DNA of 64,000 bases from NCBI RefSeq assembly GCF_006345805.1, contig NC_043007.1, positions 3,658,001 through 3,722,000 on the forward strand, written 5' to 3'. This DNA is from Octopus sinensis (taxonomy: Eukaryota). Made by a program: the position numbers and the translations under genes. This document shows positions 55,357 to 64,000 of the stretch, one piece after another (within the stretch, counting starts at the first letter, position 1; every line of letters starts with the position of its first letter). Under the pieces are notes generated by a model. The model saw nothing but the letters and a program-made list of their open reading frames with translations, ran no database searches and was not told the DNA's origin.

Positions 55357-55700
55357 TTCTTTTACTTGTTTCAGTCATTTGAGCGCAGCCATGCTGGAGC
55401 ACCGCCTTTATTTGTTGTAAGCCGAGTACTTATACTATCGGTCTCATTTGCCGAACCGCTAGATTACGGGGACGTAACCACACCATCGTCGGTTGTCCAG
55501 TGATGGTGGTGGGGAGAAACACAGACATAGAAACGTATAGATACATACGACGGGCTTCTTTCCGTTTCCGTCTACCAAATCCACTCGAAGCTTTGGTCTG
55601 GCCGAATTTATAGAAAACACTTGTCCAAGGTGTCACGCAGTGTGACTGAACCCGGAACCGTGTGGTTGAGAAGCAAGATTCTTACAACACAGCCACTCCA
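55357..55700 (-). mobile_element. tRNA-derived CORE-like SINE
   Basis: Reverse complement of the 45097 family. Confidence 0.75.
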
Positions 55701-55979
55701 GCGTCGGAAACCATTATGAGTAATAAATTGGTCCGCTAGTAAGAAGTTGGTTGTGACATACAAACTGATCAGGATGTCACCGTCGGTTTCGCGTCGAAAG
55801 TTGTCCTTAGATAATATTGGTTTCAAATTTGGGCACAAGGCCAGCAATTTGGGGCGACAGTTTAAGTTGATTACATTGGTATCAGTACTGAACTGGTGCT
55901 TATTTTATCGACCCCAAAAGGATGAAAGGTAAACTTCACCTCCAATAAAGTATGAACTCCAATAAAGGCAGACGAAACA

Positions 55980-56212
55980 CCTATTTCTTTACTACCCACA
56001 AGGGACTAAACACAGAAGGGACAAACAAGGACAGACAAACGGATTAAGTCGATTATATCGACCACAGTGTGTAACTGGTACTTAATTTATCGACTCCGAA
56101 AAGATGAAAGGCAAAGTCGACTTCGGCGGAATTTGAACTCAGAACGTAACGGCAGACGAAATACGGCTACGCATTTCGCCCGGCGTGCTAACCATTCTGC
56201 CAGCTCGCAGCT
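55980..56212 (-). mobile_element. Nin/Deu-like SINE
   Basis: Closely similar to 44405-44637. Confidence 0.85.
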
Positions 56213-57151
56213 AAGTCATTTTTGTTTTGCACGAAGAATTAATTAGATGTAAGCAAAGATAGAAGTAGTATTTATGGACATCGCAAATATAAAATTCCAA
56301 CTTTTATTGGGGTAACACTGCCACTACTTAACCATGACATTTAACCCCAAGCCAACACGAACCCCAAAGACATCTGATCGAAAGCACTTCAACCGTGACA
56401 ATCCAATTTTCTTTTTGTATTAAAGTCTAAAATGCCCTCGGTGTTCTTCCTAGCCATTGTTTTTTGAAGGTCGAGCGACGCCTTAAACGCTATTTCTCGT
56501 CTTGAGAAGATGACAAAAACTTTCTATGGATTCATTTTATACAAGAAATACTAACAGGTGACACTTAACAATTTGTTGAAATTTCTGAGCAAAATCAAGT
56601 CGAAAACGAAAAGCTAACATGATCGCCTCCACGTAGTCATTCAGTTTGCTAGAAGCAGCAGCAAAAATACCTTAAATCACAGCATACTGCCTTTAAAAAA
56701 AGAATAGATTGTCCCTCATGAAGAGGGAAGTAGTTTGTTGTCTCAGATTAGCGTTTTTTGCTTCTGGATGACAGGACCTAACATGATTCAACACGGATTC
56801 TAAAAAATTCGTCAAGAACGAAATAAACTAAGAAACCGCTTGTCCTTCCTGGCTACTGCTTATTTCCAGTATATTTAACAAATAAAAAAATGGAAAACCC
56901 CTTCCGTGATTTTGCTGATAACTTTCTCCTAAAAAACCTTGTTGCTTGTTTCTAACACCTAATCGTCTAGAAGCGAAGACGCCTCTTGAAAAGCTTTATG
57001 ACGGGATCTGACCTCAAAAGCTACAAACTGCTAGTTTCATTGATCATGTGCTTCTGCTTGTATTACCACAGACACTTGGTACTTGACGAAAAGATCCAAT
57101 TTATGCATTTAACAATCTGTACTTAGCTCTCTGCAACCAATATTCGAACTA

Positions 57152-57379
57152 TGGCGAACTGGCAGAAACGTTAGCACGCCGAGCGAAATGCTTAGCAGTA
57201 TTTCGTCTGTCTTTACGTTCTGAGTTCAAATTCCGCCGAGGTCGACTTTGCCTTTCATCCTTTCGGGGTCGATAAATAAAGTACCAGTTTCGCACTGGGG
57301 TCGATGTAATCGACTTAATCCCTTTGTCTGTCCTTGTTTGTCCTCTATGTTTAGCCCCTTGTGGGTAGTAAAGAAATAT
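57152..57379 (+). mobile_element. Nin/Deu-like SINE, inverted relative to the 55980 copy
   Basis: GGCGAACTGGCAGAAACGTTAGCACG...GTGGGTAGTAAAGAAATA. Confidence 0.85.
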
Positions 57380-57807
57380 ATATGCTATGAATACTTTTGC
57401 ATGCAGACGTACTCACACTTATTGAGAAACTGTAGCCTAACATAGTTGATGGGCAGTGGCGGACTGGCCAGGTTGCCAGCTTGCCCGATGGCAAGTGGGC
57501 CCCTGTGCTATTAGAATCCATATATGGGGGCCCATCCCCTGTAGTTTGAGGATTTTTTATTTACTCCTGGAGGAATGCATTAATTATTTGAGCCTGGCTG
57601 TGTTTGTAGACAGTTGAAAAGAATACTTTTGACAAAAAAGAAAAATTAAATGATAGTATTGTAGTTGCGGGTGGGCCCCTCTTGTAGTTGCGGGTGGACC
57701 CCCTTAGTCTCTTGGTAACCAATATTTTTAGACCCTGTCCACCAGTTGTTGGGTATGTGAGAATGCATCCAAACCTGCTGCAATTGCATGTAAACCTGCA
57801 CCCTGGC

Positions 57808-58054
57808 ATATTTCAAAGACACATGAACTACAATCTGAGAGGCTTTAGAGACCCCCCCTCCATAAGGTCAATTTTTTTTCTATTGGACCAAGAGGAGGTA
57901 GTGAGGTTATAGGGCCTTACTTCGGTTGAGAGCAAACATGATAAATTTTGTCCTATTGTTATTGTAGTTCATGTGTCTTTGAAATATTTTATAACAATAG
58001 GACAAAATTTAACACGTTTACTCTCAACCGAAGTAAGGCCCTATAACCTCACTA
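57808..58054. repeat. Interleaved inverted repeats A-B-A'-B'
   Basis: A (57808-57834) pairs perfectly with A' (57961-57987). B (57899-57962) pairs with B' (57991-58054) at 61 of 64 positions. Confidence 0.9.
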
Positions 58055-59013
58055 GTATCCCTAAAAAATTCCACTTTGACTTCGTGTTGCTCCTGTAAAT
58101 ACAGTTCCTATGTAGGGCCTATCAAGGAGTTCAAATTTGCCTTTGAATATCATTAACTTGATCCCATTTTCTCAATATATCATTTTGAAATATCTGTGGA
58201 TTGCTTTCCTATGTGAGATTAAGAATTAACAAACACTGCATTTACAGCACAGTATATATATATATATATATATATATATGAATACAAAATCTAGACGATA
58301 TTCTTCATTTACAGCATAATATAACAGTTAAATATTCTATATAGTGCAATATATATAAACACTTGACATGGCAATGTTCTGCTATATATACACTGAATAG
58401 CTCAATAATATTCTCTATTTACAATGCATTATATAGAGCTCACAGCAAAAACATGACATTTACCAAGTAATATTTACAAGAGACCAAGCAATTATCACTC
58501 CCTGTACATCAAGCAGTGTGTGGGAGAGAGATAGAGAGAGTCTTGAGCTAATTGCATATTAGTTCCAGGGCAATATGTAGAGCTATTGGCTAAATGTCCT
58601 ATATTCAAAAAGCTACACAGCCATGTTTATGCACAAAATACACACATCCAAGAGATATGATCGCAAAAAAAGGACAGCTCAATACGATGTTGATAATCAT
58701 AAATTCACTACATCACATGCCATGTGTGTACGTGAACATTTTAGAAGTTTATATGCAAATGCTTAAACATACATTTAACCCTTGTTTGCTGGTCATAGAA
58801 TGACCGACAACGATTAGTGAAACATGTCTATGATGGTCTTGTGGACATAAAAAAGAACCTCGCAGAAACATGGAAGCTGAACAAAAGCTGAGGCCAGATT
58901 ACAGCTTTATTGCTACCACTTAAAACAGAGGAAAAGATTAAAATATGAAAAAAATGCATAATCATATTACAGCAGTAATAACTATATAAAAACAAAAACC
59001 ATTTGTGAATCTA

Positions 59014-59544
59014 ATATATATATATATATATATATACACACATTTATACATATATATACACACACACACACATTTATACATATATATACACACACACACA
59101 CACACACATTTATACATATATACACACACACACATTTATACATATATACACACACATGCACACATTTATACATATATATACACACACACACATTTATACA
59201 TATATATATACACACACACACACATTTATACATATATATACACACACACACATTTATACATATATATATACACACACACACACATTTATACATATATATA
59301 CACACACACACACATTTATACATATATGTACACACACACACACATTTATACATATATGTACACACACACACACATTTATACATATATACACACATTTATA
59401 CACACACACACTTATACATATATATACACACATTTATACACACACACACTTATACATATATATACACACATTTATACACACACACACACATATATATATA
59501 CATATATATACATATATATATATATTATATATACACACACACAC

Positions 59545-59592
<48 letters not shown>

Positions 59593-59622
59593 GCACATAT
59601 ATACACACATATATATATATAT
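59014..59622. repeat. Compound CA/TA microsatellite with higher-order unit CATTTATACATATATA(TA)n(CA)n
   Basis: Directly visible; explains the spurious H/T/Y/I-rich ORFs. Confidence 0.95.
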
Positions 59623-60390
59623 ACCGACCATACATAGAGTCTGGTTTCTCACTATGGTGTCAGTTAAAAATATTATGTCTGAAGTGGAGTTAATTATGGC
59701 CTAAATACTAACACAACTGAAAAAAAAAAAAGATTGATATTGACATTCTGAAATCATCTGAAACCCCTCCCTTCAGTCACTGACAGCTTTTGTTATGAAT
59801 AACTAATTTCTATTGTTTAAATGCAGCAAATTTGGTAGAATTCATTTCTAGTATTACAGCAAATGGTAATATTCAGAAACCAGTTGTACACACACACACA
59901 CACACAGTCTGTTTGTGTACATTTAGAGTAAAAGCTGCCCATATCAGCCGATCTAAATGCCATGCGTAATTCTGACTTGTAATTTCAAAAAGCTCATCTT
60001 TTTATATAAATGTGGATGAGGAGATAGATAAAACATGGACGCATTCAAGCCAGAACACTGAGCATTGAGCAACATCAACTGAAATTGTCCGTAAACTAAT
60101 GTGAGGATCCTGTGATTGTTCAACCTGCTGCAAAAAGCAAGTTGCCAAATTTCAATTAAAAAAAATAAAAGAATTGATTAATGTGGTTATTGGTGTCCTA
60201 TATCCAAATGAAAGAAGTGATGGTCACAGCTGAAGTGTCTTATCTTCTGTTTGCTCACTGTAAACAATAACTATTATTATTATTACCTTTATTTGCATTG
60301 TCAAGGACCAAATACAATAATTACTCAAACATCTCCACACACACACACACACAAATCTAACTGGGAATTATTTGCAACAATACTACAATG

Positions 60391-60655
60391 AGAGAGGGAG
60401 GGAGGTAGGTAGGTAAAAAGATAGGTAGATAGATAGATAGGTAGGTAGGTAGGTAGTGTCCATAGATAGGTAGGTAGGTGGATGGATAGATACGTAGGTA
60501 GTGTCCATAGATAGGTAGATAGGTAGGTAGATAGATAGATAGGTAGGTAGATAGATAGATAGGTAGGTAGATAGATAGATAGGTAGGTAGATACGTAAGT
60601 AGATAGATAGATAGGTAGGTAGGTAGGTGGATGGGTAGATAGGTAGTGTCCATAA
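60391..60655. repeat. Compound TAGG/TAGA tetranucleotide array
   Basis: Directly visible, punctuated three times by GTAGTGTCCATA. Confidence 0.9.
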
Positions 60656-62311
60656 ATTATTGTTACAGTTTGAAAATTTCAGAACAAAAAAGTAAAACTC
60701 AGCAGAGTTTATTGGAAAACATAGTCAAAGTTTTATTAGAAAGATCAGAACATTTCAATGTGAGCTGCTTGGGTTTGATCCCACAGCATGGCAGCTTGAG
60801 CAAATGCTGTTTCCAATAGCTTCAGGTTAACCCATACCATGTGAATGAAACTGGGTAGACAGAAACTGAATAGAAGCCAACCAGGTGGAGTACACCTGTG
60901 ACTCAAAAGTGTACACAGGTCTGTGGAATACTCAGCCACTTAGACGTTAATTTAAGAGCAAGTTATTTGGTCGATCAAACTACTGAATCCTCCCTCACCT
61001 TCAAACAATGGAGATTCACCGAAATAACAAAAAGATTAAATTTTAAATTTAATGACTGAACAGACATAATCTTCACTAGAAACAGAATTAAATTGAAAGA
61101 GAAGTTATCACATCATGGATTAGTTTAATTCCTCTCCCTGTTTGATCGATTGGAATTATTAAATTTTAGACAGAAAAATATGAAAATAAGAGGCTGGAAA
61201 AAATGTAGAAATATGTGTAACGTAATACAAACCTAAACAGCTGACCATAAAGTGCAGAAGTTAACCGAGAAAAGATATGTTTAATAGCTCAGTCCATTTA
61301 CTTATTTAAATATCTTTCTGCTGACTAAAAAATGAAGGTGAATAAAATATAAAAAGAAAAAAAAATTGCTTATCATCTTAGATGTAACCAACGAGTGTTA
61401 GGGTTCAAATCTGAGGTTAATTCAATTTGTACCATAGTCGATTTTTTATTTTCTTCTATATTTTTTTTTTTTTTTTGATGAAATTAATTGCTGTATTTTG
61501 CTTATAAAAAACAGTTTCATTACATTCTTCAATTGGGATGGTTTTCTTATCAATGCTTTTGTTGTGATTTACCAGGAAATGTTATAATATGAACATAGTA
61601 TTCAGTGCAATGTGGTGGACTTAGGAACATATATTGGTTTATATCGAGAAATACATGTCTTTATACAAATATATATTATCTATATTGACAATTGCTTGTA
61701 TATTAAAAATATTTACAGTGCAAGGAAAATAGGGTGCATCTTTGAAAGCAAATGTTCCTTTTTATTGTAGATTTTGATGCCTTCAGTAACCATTTGACAA
61801 TTCATCACTGCTTTGGTCAATTTTTATTTTCTGCATTTTAAAATTTTTTTCATTTAATGAAATTAATTGATTTTTTTAGTTTTTGTTTATAAAACTAGTT
61901 TCATTATATTCTTGAAGGAACATGGTTTTCTCATGGCATATATAGATCAATGCTTTTGTTGTAATTTAGCATCAAGTCAACCCTGATCAAGCAGGCTTTT
62001 AATTAAAACATTCCAGCAATGACCTTCTTGGTATTTCATCTATTTGGGAGTACATTTGTTCAATGTGTCCTTTTTCTAAGTGACATGAAGGGGATTTGAC
62101 TGTTATTTTGAGCAGATTGAGTAGCTGCATAAGGGTTCCTTTAATGGCATATCCCTATTTTCCCTAAACATACTGGAGTAGTGTTCCTTGTTTACTCCAT
62201 GTGTTCGACCAGAAAGCCTCCAGTTTCTTTTAAGAGGAGGGGGTGTTGTTGTTGTTTAACCCCAGGTCAGCCTTGATCCAGCAGGCCTATGCCCAAAGGT
62301 ATTTTATCCTT

Positions 62312-62694
62312 AAAGGTGACGAACTGGCGAAATGCTTAGCAGTATTTCGTCTGCCGCTACGTTCTGAGTTCAAATTCCAGCAAGGTCAACTTTGCCTTTC
62401 ATCCTTTTGGGGTCGATTAAATAAGTACCAGTTATGCACTGGGGTCGATATAATCGGCTTACTCTATTTATCCTCTCTGTGTTTAGCCCCTTGTGGGTAG
62501 TAAAGAAATAGGTATTTCGTCTGCCGCTACATTCTGAGTTCAAATTCTGCCGAGGTCGACTTTGTCTTTCATCCTGTCGGGGTCGATTAAATAAGTACCA
62601 GTTATGTACTGGGGTCGATATAATCGACTTAATCCGTTTGTCTGTCCTTGTTTGTCCCTTCTGTGTTTAGCCCCTTGTGGGTAGTAAAGAAATT
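62312..62694 (+). mobile_element. Tandem dimer of the Nin/Deu-like SINE with 14-bp target-site duplication
   Basis: Two head-to-tail units flanked by GGTATTTTATCCTT at 62298-62311 and 62695-62708. Confidence 0.85.
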
Positions 62695-63377
62695 GGTATT
62701 TTATCCTTGACTATCCTATCATTTTCCTCTTTCTTTTTTTTTTCTTTCGCACATGATGTTATGAAGATCTACATTATCCAAAGTAACTTTATTTTTTTAA
62801 GACAGTGAGCTGTGATTCAAGGAATGTTTAGCTGCTATTTCCAAGAGAAATTTCTACACTTTTTTCAAACAAGTCAAGTAATCACAGATGCTTTCTCATT
62901 GGCGTTTAGAGAGGAGTAAATTGGAATTGGGAAGGTCACACTTATTAAAGGGTGATTAGAAATATAAATAAAGTGAAAGCAACAAACAGGTATAAAAAAA
63001 AAAAACAAAAAAAAAAACTAGGTTACATTCCCAGCTGATAAGGGAGATTATTTCCTTTTATACATTACTCAGCTAGGAGATAGATAACACTATGATAGAA
63101 ACATCCGAGGGGAAGAGATGATCCAACTAGATTTAAATGATGAATAGAAAGCAGTAGACACCATAACTGGGGCCATTAACCCTTTTTAACACCAACCCTC
63201 CTGAGACTGATACAAGCTTTCTCTTTTAAAGTGAATTAACTCTTTACTTGTCCAAATCGGTTTTGTAAGTTGTCCTAAACATCCATCTTTGTTCTCAGAT
63301 TTGTGGTCAGTCCACCTGAGCAAGATAAAGGATTCAAAAGGATTTTGGCAAAATAAGTAACTTTATCGCAATTAATC

Positions 63378-63915
63378 CTCACAGAGGAAATGACGAAAGA
63401 CCGAGACCCCAGAGATATGCTGTGACTGTGAAGACCCGACAAAATGAAGTGAGTTCATGGCTCGCAGGATGGCCTGCTGTGCTAACCTTGGGTTGTAGAG
63501 CAACCTGCTGTTCTTGAGGAGACCTATTGAGTCAAGTACGTCAACATCAAAATAAAAATCAAATGGAAATTGTAGTTAAGACACCCGTGTTGGTGACACG
63601 TAAAAAGCACCATCCGAACATGACAGATGCCAGCGCCACCTGACTGGCGTCCGTGTCGGTGACGCGTAAAAGCACCAACCGATCGTGGCCATTTGCCAGA
63701 CTGCTCTGGCCTCTATGCTGGTGGCACGTAAAAAACACCCACTACATTCACGGAGTGGTTGGCATTAGGAAGGGCATCCAGCTGTAGAAACACTGCCAGA
63801 TAAGACTGGAGCCTGGTGCAGCCTCCACGGCTTCCCAGATCCCGGTCGAACCGTCCAACCTGTGCTAGCGCGGAAAAACGGACGTTAAATGATGATGATG
63901 ATGATGATGATGATG
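63378..63915 (+). mobile_element. 5'-truncated RTE-type LINE (end of ORF plus 3' UTR)
   Basis: ACAGAGGAAATGACGAAAGACCGAGAC (TEEMTKDRD, RTE-like C-terminus), followed by the subrepeat-containing UTR and a (GAT)n tail. Confidence 0.7.
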
Positions 63916-64000
63916 AATCCATTAGCATTTAAACTGGTGTTGGTTTGTTGACACCCCAGCCAAAATATTCTACTTGTTTTATGTTCACACTAGCCAGATC

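Noticed and set aside
57518-57527. Perfect CArG box CCATATATGG (another at 15027-15036) suggesting SRF feedback on Rho
   Set aside because: Several CC(A/T)6GG matches are expected by chance in 64 kb of AT-rich DNA, and this one lies in a MITE-like fragment.
58982-60653. Long H/T/Y/I- and Y/L/P/T-rich ORFs
   Set aside because: Microsatellite translations.

Overview
AT-rich animal genomic DNA. The repeat content (tRNA-derived SINEs, RTE-LINE tails ending in GATGATGAT, TA/CA microsatellites) and the mollusc-like Rho protein suggest an octopus or other coleoid; this is inferred. The only recognisable protein-coding gene is a RhoA/Rho1 GTPase on the minus strand. It has one shared first coding exon (M1-Q52, 18313-18468) followed by two complete, intact, paralogous terminal exons (V53-stop; 8504-8926 and 3000-3422). 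Each has its own splice acceptor, CAAX box, long 3' UTR and poly(A) site. The two exons are heavily diverged at silent sites yet protein-identical for 73 codons, then differ at 16 residues in the Rho insert and C-terminal region. One gene therefore appears to encode two Rho proteins by alternative last-exon choice. There are up to three candidate non-coding first exons: two TATA-less with YY1 motifs (about 21.7 kb and 24.2-24.8 kb) and one TATA/MEF2/CCAAT promoter (52.3-52.5 kb). Also present: a microRNA-site cluster and a ~975-bp tandem duplication at the end of the proximal UTR, a decayed mariner element, MITEs, SINEs, LINE tails, and minisatellites derived from transposons.
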